Source of the DNA: a virus
Length of the DNA: 40,042 nucleotides
IMG/VR virus record: IMGVR_UViG_3300045988_091053
Location: 1-40,042 of that record
Reading direction: 5' to 3' (one strand)
A program made the translations under genes and the position numbers. Positions 7,756-15,362 of this stretch are shown piece by piece (position 1 is the stretch's first letter; the number at the start of each line of letters is the position of its first letter). A model generated the notes under the pieces. That model was given only the letters and a program-made list of their open reading frames with translations. It was not told the origin of the DNA and did not search any database.

Positions 7756-10032
7756 ATGGAACGAGAATTTGACCTATTACCATTGTTAGACCATATAGAC
7801 CCCTCGATTCTGTCTTATCAAGAATGGATAAACGTCGGAATGGCCTTAAAACACGAAGGGTACACGGCCTCAGATTGGGATAATTGGTCCTTACGAGATC
7901 CGGCCCGGTATCGTAAATTTGAGTGTTTCAAAAAATGGGACACTTTCAACGAAGAAGCGGGCTCGATTGTTACGGGCGGGACGATTGTCCAGCTTGCGAA
8001 AGATCACGGCTGGGTGAATCCGTACTCAAGCGATAGTGAGGGCGCTCATGAACTCGACTGGAACGATACCATCGATCGAGACTATCGCGTCATTGATAAG
8101 AACTGGATCGAGGGGAAAGAGATTCACGAGCCTACAAACTGGAACCCAGTACAAGAGATTATCAAGTACCTAGAGGCCTTGTTTGAATCGTCCGAGAATG
8201 TCGGTTATGTTACTGAGTCATATCCAAAAGTAAACGACGAAACGGGCGAAATAGAGAAATGGCTTCCGACTAAGGGGGCGTATGACCGGACAGCGGGGCA
8301 ACTAATCGAGCAATTATCCAAGTGTAACGGCGATATTGGGGCGGTCCTCGGGGACTATCACAAGGAAGCGGGCGCGTGGATTCGCTTCAATCCGCTCGAC
8401 GGTAAGGGCGCGAAAAATGAAAACGTGACTGAATTCCGCTATGCCCTCGTTGAGTCAGACAGCATGAGCATTGAGAAACAAAACGCGATCTATAAGGAAC
8501 TAGAACTTCCAATCGTGGCCCTTGTCTATAGTGGGAACAAGTCCTTACACGCTATCGTAAAGGTAGACGCGGGCAATTATGACGAATACAGAAAGCGCGT
8601 CGACTACTTATATAAGATATGCCAAAAGAACGGAATATCAGTCGATACACAAAACCGCAATCCGTCGCGCTTGTCCCGTATGCCGGGATTCGAGCGAAAC
8701 GGCCAGAAACAATTCCTCGTTGATACCAATATAGGAAAAGCCAACTGGGAAGAATGGTACCAGTATATTGAGGACTTAAACGACGATCTTCCAGATCCGG
8801 AAGGACTGGGCGATAGTTGGGACAACCTTCCAGAGCTTGCGCCCGAGCTGATCGAAGGAGTCCTTCGCCAAGGACACAAAATGCTGATCGCTGGGCCGTC
8901 CAAGGCTGGGAAGTCGTTCAGCTTGATCGAAATGTCAATCGCAATCGCAGAAGGCCACAAATGGCTTGAGTGGAAGTGTACACAAGGCAAGGTCCTATAT
9001 GTCAATCTTGAGTTGGATCGCGCGTCATGTTTGCACCGCTTCCGCGACGTGTACGAAGCAATGGGACTTCAGCCTAACAACTTACAAAATATTGATATCT
9101 GGAACTTGCGCGGAAAGACTGTACCGATGGATAAGCTCGCTCCGAAATTGATCCGCCGATCCCTCAAAAAGAACTATATAGCCGTCATTATTGACCCGAT
9201 CTATAAAGTCCTTACGGGTGACGAAAACAGCGCGGATCAAATGGCACACTTTACAAACCAATTTGACAAAGTGGCGACAGAGCTCGGGTGCTCGGTTATC
9301 TATTGCCACCACCACTCAAAAGGTGCTCAAGGGGGCAAGAAATCAATGGATCGGGCCAGTGGTTCGGGCGTATTCGCTCGAGATCCGGACGCGTTGATCG
9401 ACTTGGTTGAATTGGACGTCACAGAAGAATTACTCACGCAACGGATCAATCACACAGCCACTAGGATATACAAAGAGGCCTTACAAACGTGTAACCTTGG
9501 ATATTACCAAGAGGAAGTAAGCCTCGACGATCTCCAAAGTCCCGTGATTATGCGGACACACTTCGAACAAGCGATTCCAAACGTGCTCGAGCGTAAGCCG
9601 TGGACAGATAAGATAGAACAAGCCCGTCGAGCGATCGAAATATCGACAGCGTGGCGCGTGGAAGGAACGCTTCGAGAGTTTGCCAAGTTCAAGCCTATCA
9701 ATATGTGGTTTAGCTACCCAGTACATTTTCTGGACGATTCGGGCGTACTTGCTGATATCCAACTCGATGATACAAACGGGAACAACTCTCCATGGAAGAA
9801 AAATTTCGACAAAAAAGAGACAAAAGAAGATAAAAGCGAAAAAGTCGAAAGCGCTATTTACTCAATCTATGATGGAATCAATCCAGTTACAATAGATGAT
9901 CTTATCGAATATTTTTCGACAGATTCGAGACAAGTAAGTGAAAAAACAGTCCGTCGATGGATCAAAAATAATGGCAATTTTACAATTAAAAATAAGGAAA
10001 TATCGCCAAAAAATGACGAGGGACAAAAATAG
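7756..10032 (+). CDS. Bifunctional primase(-polymerase)/AAA_25 replicative helicase-type protein
   Basis: PriCT-like N-terminus (YQEWINVGMALKHEG...WDNWS), prim-pol-like SGNKSLHAIV, Walker A GPSKAGKS, Walker B VIIDPIYK. Confidence 0.75.
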   Translation: MEREFDLLPLLDHIDPSILSYQEWINVGMALKHEGYTASDWDNWSLRDPARYRKFECFKKWDTFNEEAGSIVTGGTIVQLAKDHGWVNPYSSDSEGAHELDWNDTIDRDYRVIDKNWIEGKEIHEPTNWNPVQEIIKYLEALFESSENVGYVTESYPKVNDETGEIEKWLPTKGAYDRTAGQLIEQLSKCNGDIGAVLGDYHKEAGAWIRFNPLDGKGAKNENVTEFRYALVESDSMSIEKQNAIYKELELPIVALVYSGNKSLHAIVKVDAGNYDEYRKRVDYLYKICQKNGISVDTQNRNPSRLSRMPGFERNGQKQFLVDTNIGKANWEEWYQYIEDLNDDLPDPEGLGDSWDNLPELAPELIEGVLRQGHKMLIAGPSKAGKSFSLIEMSIAIAEGHKWLEWKCTQGKVLYVNLELDRASCLHRFRDVYEAMGLQPNNLQNIDIWNLRGKTVPMDKLAPKLIRRSLKKNYIAVIIDPIYKVLTGDENSADQMAHFTNQFDKVATELGCSVIYCHHHSKGAQGGKKSMDRASGSGVFARDPDALIDLVELDVTEELLTQRINHTATRIYKEALQTCNLGYYQEEVSLDDLQSPVIMRTHFEQAIPNVLERKPWTDKIEQARRAIEISTAWRVEGTLREFAKFKPINMWFSYPVHFLDDSGVLADIQLDDTNGNNSPWKKNFDKKETKEDKSEKVESAIYSIYDGINPVTIDDLIEYFSTDSRQVSEKTVRRWIKNNGNFTIKNKEISPKNDEGQK

Positions 10033-10345
10033 GGACAGGGACAAATCGATGGACAAATCGATGGACAAAATTCGATATGTCCCTGTCCCTCGAGGGACAA
10101 ACATCGAAATGTCCCTTGTCCCTGAGCGTGTCCTTTGAGGGACAAAATGAGGGACAAATCGATTAAATAATCGAAATGTCCCTGTCCCTGACGAGGGACA
10201 AAACGAGGGACAGAATCTCTCCTCCTTTGGAGAGAGAGATTTAAGAAAATGTCCCTGAGGTCCAAGAGGAACAGGAACAGGAACAGGGGGGCTTTGCTCC
10301 CGCCCCCTGTAACCCTGTAACCCTGTCCCCTAACTTGGACTTAGC
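10017..10345. repeat. Putative origin of replication: GGGACA/TGTCCC iteron array plus short tandem repeats
   Basis: 16 exact hexamers, 8 per orientation, several extended to GGGACAAATCGAT. Also 3x GGAACA, 3x CCCTGT(A/C)(A/C) and a G5/C5 hairpin. Sits directly after the primase-helicase gene. Confidence 0.7.
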
Positions 10346-10411
10346 GTGAGAGTGTGGTAAGTAAAAAGAAAATGCAAAAGAAAAAAAGTATAAAAAACGA
10401 GGTGGTGAAAT

Positions 10412-10831
10412 ATGATTGAGTTCTTTTTGCCGATGAAAAAAATTCCGACGACAACGCACCAACAGAAAAAAGTAAATGTCAGAAATGGCAAGCCGATTTT
10501 TTACGAGCCCGAGGAATTGAAAAACGCTCGAGCGAAATTTGAAAGTTTGCTTGCGCGTCATGTACCGCCAGACAAATTGAAAGGTCCAATTCGGCTCACG
10601 GTCAAATGGTGCTTCCCGATGATTAAAGGGAAACGATCCGGCCAGTACAAGACGACCAAACCAGACACGGACAACCTTCAAAAATTATTCAAAGATTGCA
10701 TGACCAAGCTCGGCTTTTGGAAAGACGACGCAGAAGTCGCAAGCGAGATCGCTGAGAAGTTTTGGTCTGAGGTCGTGGGGATCTATGTCAGAGTAGAGGA
10801 GTGGGACGATGAATTATATACATTTCTTTAG
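10412..10831 (+). CDS. rusA: RusA-family Holliday junction resolvase
   Basis: 139 aa with KPDTDNLQKLFKDCMTKLGFWKDDAEV, the characteristic RusA acidic motif. Confidence 0.75.
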   Translation: MIEFFLPMKKIPTTTHQQKKVNVRNGKPIFYEPEELKNARAKFESLLARHVPPDKLKGPIRLTVKWCFPMIKGKRSGQYKTTKPDTDNLQKLFKDCMTKLGFWKDDAEVASEIAEKFWSEVVGIYVRVEEWDDELYTFL

Positions 10832-11030
10832 CGTCGAGCTCCCGGACTTTATGGCTAGAAATAACCAAGTCGCGCAAAGCCTCGGATTCGGTTCCGAGCG
10901 CTATTGGTTTTGGACCGTAGACGCGATCGCTGAGATCTGCAAAAAGTACCATGACGACGAATTAGTCGTGAAGCAATTCGGGCTCTTGTTTGAATGGCTA
11001 GAAAAGCAAGCGGAAGGAGTGGCACAATGA
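10809..11030 (+). CDS. Hypothetical early protein
   Basis: 73 aa, overlaps its neighbours, same-strand operon. Confidence 0.5.
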   Translation: MNYIHFFSVELPDFMARNNQVAQSLGFGSERYWFWTVDAIAEICKKYHDDELVVKQFGLLFEWLEKQAEGVAQ

Positions 11031-11257
11031 AAGAGAAGACGTACTATGAAGTTATTGGCAAGATGGAAGAGAAGAGATACGACGAAATAGAAAGTCAACT
11101 ATCTCTTGGTGAAATTTGCGTCGAACTCATAAAACGAATTGAAAATAAAAAAGACGTATTCGGAGCTAGTAAATTGATAACGATCAATGGCAAAAAATAT
11201 GACTTAAAAATCTTTGAGTGGGGAAGAAGGCCAAACAATGGAATACGTGAAATATGA
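11027..11257 (+). CDS. Hypothetical early protein
   Basis: Start set at the ATGA overlap (11027) after GGAAGGAG. 76 aa. Confidence 0.5.
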   Translation: MKEKTYYEVIGKMEEKRYDEIESQLSLGEICVELIKRIENKKDVFGASKLITINGKKYDLKIFEWGRRPNNGIREI

Positions 11258-11753
11258 TCCAAAACAACGCGAGGCCTTGAAAAAGAATCTTAGGCGCTTG
11301 ATGGACGAAAAAGGAGTCACGAAAGCCCAACTATCAAGAAAGCTGGGCTGGTCCTATAACACAATCGATTATTGGTTAAGAGGCGATCGCGTACCTGATC
11401 GGACAGGAATCGAGGCTATATGCGATTATTTCGGGGTCTCAGACGTGGAATTATTGGGATCTGAAATGAAAGTCCGCACGTTTGCTTATTATAAAAACGA
11501 CACGCTTCTAGCGTTTGGCACGATGGAAGAGATCGCGGAACAAACTGGCCGAAAGATCGAATCGTTGCGGAGCTTGCTTTGCAACTCGAAGCGTTTCAAC
11601 AAAACAACGAAAACATACATGATCGAGCTCGAGGACGATAGGCGCTACAAATTAAAATTCAAACAGTCGTTTACGATCGACGAGTTGAATCTAAAAGGAA
11701 TCGGGTGGCTATTAGAAAGCCCACTCGTAGAAGTTGAAGAGGTGGAAGAATGA
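11238..11753 (+). CDS. XRE-family HTH protein with C-terminal domain
   Basis: KGVTKAQLSRKLGWSYNTIDYWLRGDRVP HTH segment. The start is ambiguous (11214 or 11238). Confidence 0.6.
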   Translation: MEYVKYDPKQREALKKNLRRLMDEKGVTKAQLSRKLGWSYNTIDYWLRGDRVPDRTGIEAICDYFGVSDVELLGSEMKVRTFAYYKNDTLLAFGTMEEIAEQTGRKIESLRSLLCNSKRFNKTTKTYMIELEDDRRYKLKFKQSFTIDELNLKGIGWLLESPLVEVEEVEE

Positions 11754-12100
11754 ATAAACAGGAATTGATAAAAATTTACGAGGACACTAACTGTACTCTT
11801 AATTCGCTTGTATCACACGTTAGAAAATCTGCAAAAAGGAGGCTTTGGGAACGTGTTCGTAAACCCTCTTTTTACGGTCGAGGAGGTAGCGGAATGAGCG
11901 ATAGTGTGTTTATATACGCCTTCACAAGATATGGCTGGACTGAAGAATGTATAGATGTTGACGAAGTAGCTTATGTGGACTTTAAGAAAGGCCAGATATG
12001 TCTTAAAGCGCATGACGCGCGGATTCCACGTATGATTCAGACTACTTCAGTTGACTTGTATAACGTCGAAAAGGCTTTGTTAAGAAATCGGAGGGGATAA
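11750..12100 (+). CDS. Hypothetical protein
   Basis: 116 aa with ATGA overlap coupling. Confidence 0.55.
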   Translation: MNKQELIKIYEDTNCTLNSLVSHVRKSAKRRLWERVRKPSFYGRGGSGMSDSVFIYAFTRYGWTEECIDVDEVAYVDFKKGQICLKAHDARIPRMIQTTSVDLYNVEKALLRNRRG

Positions 12101-12103
12101 TTA

Positions 12104-12211
12104 ATGGATCTATTAACACTTATATTCGGAGGCTTATCGCTTGCGTGGCTGGGAGGCCTCGCGGTGATTGGCTGGGCTATGTGGAAAGAGGGACGGGAAG
12201 ATGATGAATAA
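12104..12211 (+). CDS. 35-aa single-TM peptide (below the ORF-track cutoff)
   Basis: GGAGGGG RBS 7 nt upstream. Sequence MDLLTLIFGGLSLAWLGGLAVIGWAMWKEGREDDE. Confidence 0.45.
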   Translation: MDLLTLIFGGLSLAWLGGLAVIGWAMWKEGREDDE

Positions 12212-12476
12212 TGATAAGTTGATACGTGCGAATTTTGCGTTTATCCTTTTCGTCCTAATCGCTGTATGCGTCAACCTTAACGCACGAGTACGGGTGCTTG
12301 AGACAAGCAACAGCGAGCTACAACAAACGATCCGGACTCAAAAGGACGAGCTGGAAAAAGCGAAAGAAAAAAATACAATGCAAGACGTGATAATTAATAA
12401 ATTGAACAATGATTATAATTCTCGTATGGCGCAACAATTACAAGAAATTGCCGATATTAACGGCGTAGGGGGATAA
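12201..12476 (+). CDS. Membrane-anchored coiled-coil protein
   Basis: Start set at ATG 12201. TM helix FAFILFVLIAVCV followed by a coiled coil. Confidence 0.55.
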   Translation: MMNNDKLIRANFAFILFVLIAVCVNLNARVRVLETSNSELQQTIRTQKDELEKAKEKNTMQDVIINKLNNDYNSRMAQQLQEIADINGVGG

Positions 12477-12477
12477 T

Positions 12478-12639
12478 GTGAAAGTCTATATCGTGAGAAA
12501 ATATAACAAGCTGACGCGTTGGGATTGCAATCATTCGACAACATTCGAAGAGTTTGAATTTCAGACCAAAGAAGAAGCGCTCGAATTTCGGAATAGTCAG
12601 AAAAGGGGCGTATTCGATATTTACGATAAAGAAATGTAA
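12478..12639 (+). CDS. 53-aa hypothetical protein (GTG start, below the ORF-track cutoff)
   Basis: GGGGGATAAT-GTG context. Fills the gap before the ArpU-like gene. Confidence 0.4.
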   Translation: MKVYIVRKYNKLTRWDCNHSTTFEEFEFQTKEEALEFRNSQKRGVFDIYDKEM

Positions 12640-12670
12640 AAGCCCATTAGTGGCTAGAAAGGAGGGACGC

Positions 12671-13096
12671 TTGCGAATTGAAACTAGATACGGCTATCTT
12701 ATAGACGCGCTCAGACGCTATCCATTCGATAAGGAGATCAAGGAACGGATCGAAGAGATCACCTTCCCGTACCAGAATTTTGATGAAAACTGGTTCATCA
12801 AGAGTAAGGCAGCGTCTAACACGCCGGAAGCTCTAAAAAACGTTATTCTCAAAGAAAATGATCCAGAATTGATCCGACTCTATACGCTTGCAGAAGCGAT
12901 CACAGAATACACAAGCGAGTGTGCTCCCTCGAGTTGGGAGGCGATTAAGGCGCTCTATGTCACACGATCGAAAAATGTTGAAGGGGTGGCGCTCGAATTA
13001 TTCATGTCGAAAAATTCAGTTTATCGGAACATCATTAAACCGTTTTTTGAGGGGTTGGAAAAGAAATATACAAGTATTTTTTTAAAAAGGGCCTAA
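12671..13096 (+). CDS. ArpU-like late transcriptional regulator
   Basis: Start set at TTG 12671 after AAGGAGGG. About 141 aa. C-terminal sigma-region-4-like HTH (VEGVALELFMSKNSVYRNI). Lies upstream of the packaging genes. Confidence 0.55.
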   Translation: MRIETRYGYLIDALRRYPFDKEIKERIEEITFPYQNFDENWFIKSKAASNTPEALKNVILKENDPELIRLYTLAEAITEYTSECAPSSWEAIKALYVTRSKNVEGVALELFMSKNSVYRNIIKPFFEGLEKKYTSIFLKRA

Positions 13097-13110
13097 ATTT
13101 GGGAAAAGTG

Positions 13111-13139
13111 TTCAAAAAAAGGTGATAAAATTGTATTAT
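13111..13139 (+). promoter_or_regulatory. Candidate promoter for an intergenic RNA
   Basis: TTCAAA, 17-bp spacer, TATTAT. Confidence 0.35.
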
Positions 13140-13170
13140 CGGAAGATTGAAGGGAACGACGATCTTCATT

Positions 13171-13298
13171 GCGGACGACAGGACAAGCCAACAGTACAGC
13201 ACGTTTTTACTTTCATAAAAAACTTTTCCCATTTTTGGGTATCTCCTTATATTTTTTAAAAATTTTTCGTTTCGGAGGTTCGATTCCTCCCGTCCGCT
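13171..13298 (+). ncRNA. tRNA-like element 1: 7-bp acceptor stem + canonical T-arm enclosing an AT-rich insert of about 96 nt
   Basis: GCGGACG (13171-13177) pairs perfectly with CGTCCGC (13291-13297). It abuts the T-arm GGAGG-TTCGATT-CCTCC (13274-13290). I can fold no D or anticodon arm. Confidence 0.45.
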
Positions 13299-13360
13299 TA
13301 TGGTAAGGTTCTTTAGTTCTTCCCCTTGCCAGACATTTCTATACTCTATACTTTTCTTTT

Positions 13361-13396
13361 CCAGCCCTCCTATTCCTTTCTGGGGGCTGGTTTTTT
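13361..13396 (+). terminator. Rho-independent terminator
   Basis: CCAGCCC...GGGCTGG stem followed by TTTTTT. Confidence 0.65.
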
Positions 13397-13406
13397 GGTG
13401 GTTTAA

Positions 13407-14474
13407 ATGCAAATCGAAAGAGTCAAAATAGTCGATCTGAGAGAATACGAGGGAAACGCGAAATTGCACCCACAGGAGCAGATCGACAAGATCAAAAAAT
13501 CGATCCAAGAATTTGGGAATAATGACCCGATAGCGATTGATGAAAATAATATCATCATCGAGGGACACGGACGCTTACAAGCACTCGAGCAGCTTGGGTA
13601 CACGGAAGCAGAAGTCATTCGCTTGTCTCACTTGTCAGAGGATCAGAAAAAGGCTTATATCTTGGTCCATAACAAGCTAAACATGGACACGGGCTTTGAT
13701 ACCGAAATGTTAAGAGACGAGCTGGACGGGATCTTTAGCGTGGATATGGCAGATTTTGGCTTTGACTTGCCAGAAGATGAAATTTTAAATTTCAGCTCGG
13801 AAGTAGAAGAGCAAGAGGAAGAAGAAAAAGAATTTCACAGAGAGACAACAATAAATCAATATAATCTCAATCTATTCGATCCACAGGCCACGGAAGGACG
13901 CTTTGAAATGCCCTCGCTTCAACCGGTGGATCACGTCCCGGAACGCTTGCAAGGCTTTAATTACGTTTTAAACAAGCCGGACTACGGCGCGGGAGTACAT
14001 TTCTTTCTTGATGATTATCAATTCGAGAGGATCTGGCAACGTCCGGAATACTATATCGAGAAGTTAGGCGAGTTTGATTGCGTGTTAACGCCAGACTTTA
14101 GCTTATATATCGATATGCCGGTAGCTATGCAAGTTTGGAACGTGTATCGCTCGAGGTTAGTTGGTCAGTTTATGCAGAGATACGGCTTTACGGTTATTCC
14201 CACGGTATCGTGGGCGTATTCGGACAGCTTTTCTTTTTGCTTTGACGGGTTGCCGGAGGGAGCTACACTTGCGATCAGCACAATCGGAGTCAAAAACAAT
14301 AGCGATCAAATGGAATTATGGCGCGATGGAATGGACGTCATGATCGAACTATTAAAACCGAAAAGATTGATCGTGTACGGTGGCGCGGTTGAATATGATT
14401 ATGGAGATATCGAAGTAAACTATTTTGAAAACGAAACGACAGAGAGGTTGAAGAATGGGCGGAAGAGGAGCTAG
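13407..14474 (+). CDS. ParB-like nuclease domain protein with DUF4417-like C-terminal domain
   Basis: N-terminus VKIVDLREYEGNAKLHPQEQIDKIKKSIQEFGNNDPIAIDENNIIIEGHGRLQA is ParB/Srx-like. The acidic linker and C-terminal half resemble DUF4417. Confidence 0.65.
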   Translation: MQIERVKIVDLREYEGNAKLHPQEQIDKIKKSIQEFGNNDPIAIDENNIIIEGHGRLQALEQLGYTEAEVIRLSHLSEDQKKAYILVHNKLNMDTGFDTEMLRDELDGIFSVDMADFGFDLPEDEILNFSSEVEEQEEEEKEFHRETTINQYNLNLFDPQATEGRFEMPSLQPVDHVPERLQGFNYVLNKPDYGAGVHFFLDDYQFERIWQRPEYYIEKLGEFDCVLTPDFSLYIDMPVAMQVWNVYRSRLVGQFMQRYGFTVIPTVSWAYSDSFSFCFDGLPEGATLAISTIGVKNNSDQMELWRDGMDVMIELLKPKRLIVYGGAVEYDYGDIEVNYFENETTERLKNGRKRS

Positions 14475-14871
14475 TTCCGGTAAAGGAAAGAAGTCGGGAG
14501 GCGGAGGCGTAAAAGCTGAAGCGGTACAAAGCGAAGTAAAACAACAAAATCAATCAAAAGATTTTTTGTTTAATAGAATAGACGAGCTCAAAAAATTCGG
14601 TGATAGAGAGTATAAATTAAAGAATATCCCGAGAGGCGCGAAAGGGTTTTTGACAATGTTTCAAAAGAACAAAGCAAGACTTGGGTCGACGTTTGGGCTG
14701 AATGAAGAATTTGTTATCGCCAAGTATGCTACAAAAAAGGGCTATAAAAATTTAGATAAAAAAACAAAAGGGGAAGTAAAAGCGATTGTAAAAGAGTATT
14801 CAAAAAATCAAAATCCTCGATTGTATGAAAAAATGAAAAAAGAAAATTTCGACTGGTACAAGTACGAATAA
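14455..14871 (+). CDS. Lys-rich small protein with MGGRGASSG N-terminus (paralog 1)
   Basis: 138 aa. 20-nt overlap with the ParB gene. RBS GAGAGG. Confidence 0.6.
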   Translation: MGGRGASSGKGKKSGGGGVKAEAVQSEVKQQNQSKDFLFNRIDELKKFGDREYKLKNIPRGAKGFLTMFQKNKARLGSTFGLNEEFVIAKYATKKGYKNLDKKTKGEVKAIVKEYSKNQNPRLYEKMKKENFDWYKYE

Positions 14872-14886
14872 AAAAGAGGTAAGATT

Positions 14887-15291
14887 ATGGGTGGACGCGG
14901 TGCAAGCTCCGGAAGAAGTAACAAAGGTAAACTATATGGGACGGAATATAAAACCGTTCATAAAGTAGGGAATATCAAATTTGTTACTCAAAACGAGCAA
15001 GGTTCACAAAAAGCCCCGATGGAAACAATGACAAAAGGTAGAGTTTATGCGCTGATTGACAAGAATAAAAACGCACCTAAAAGTATTATCTATTTTGATA
15101 AAGAAAATAAGCGTAACAAGCAAATTGACTTGGATCATGTGCATAGAGGGATAAGTCCTCATGCCCATCACGGCTATAATCATGATGAATTTGAGAAAAG
15201 CAAAAAGAGGGCAACTAATTTGACGCCAAAAGAGAAAAAACTTGTTGAAAGGGTCAAAAAAGAGTGGTATAATCATATCAAGAAAACGTAG
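14887..15291 (+). CDS. Small His-rich protein with MGGRGASSG N-terminus (paralog 2)
   Basis: 134 aa. RBS AAGAGG. Contains the DLDHVHRGISPHAHHGYNHDE cluster. Confidence 0.6.
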   Translation: MGGRGASSGRSNKGKLYGTEYKTVHKVGNIKFVTQNEQGSQKAPMETMTKGRVYALIDKNKNAPKSIIYFDKENKRNKQIDLDHVHRGISPHAHHGYNHDEFEKSKKRATNLTPKEKKLVERVKKEWYNHIKKT

Positions 15292-15354
15292 AGAGTCGTA
15301 TATAGGAATTACGCCTTGATTGAGGAGATTCCGGTTCGAATCCGGGCTTCTACG
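15288..15354 (+). ncRNA. tRNA-like element 2: acceptor, D-arm and T-arm with a mini-hairpin in place of the anticodon arm
   Basis: GTAGAG/CTTCTAC acceptor stem (6 pairs plus 1 mismatch). D-stem CGTA/TACG with a GG-containing loop. T-arm TCCGG-TTCGAAT-CCGGG. Only 15 nt lie where a tRNA needs about 22. Overlaps stop codon 15289-15291. Confidence 0.45.
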
Positions 15355-15362
15355 TTACTTTT

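Noticed and set aside
9867-10265. 132-aa minus-strand ORF with repetitive peptide (and the 9862-10104 ORF)
   Set aside because: It is translated from the iteron array and the 3' end of the primase-helicase gene. It has no RBS, and its repetitiveness is a by-product of the DNA repeats.
10017-10345. Possible CRISPR array, suggested by the many short repeats
   Set aside because: The repeats are only 6-13 bp, occur in both orientations, have irregular spacing and have no uniform spacers. The pattern and the position after the primase-helicase gene fit replication iterons.
13166-13216. 16-aa Cys-rich peptide (MKVKTCCTVGLSCRPQ) on the minus strand inside the tRNA-like region
   Set aside because: It has no convincing RBS, is very short and lies antisense to the predicted RNA. 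It is most likely a chance ORF.
13171-13298. Genuine tRNA genes at 13171-13298 and 15288-15354
   Set aside because: Both have acceptor and T-arm features, but neither has a foldable 7-nt anticodon loop on a 5-bp stem. They are reported as tRNA-like elements, not as tRNA.
13274-13298. tRNA 3'-end-like sequences as the phage attP core
   Set aside because: They lie about 22-24 kb from the integrase. The non-coding region adjacent to int (37047-37349) has the expected arm-type repeat architecture. The two tRNA-like 3' ends are not similar to each other, so they are not att duplicates of an inserted element.
13035-13568. 177-aa minus-strand ORF spanning the ArpU/ParB intergenic region
   Set aside because: It runs antisense through two plus-strand genes, a terminator and the tRNA-like element. 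It has a low-complexity composition and no RBS. The surrounding genes for about 37 kb are all on the plus strand.
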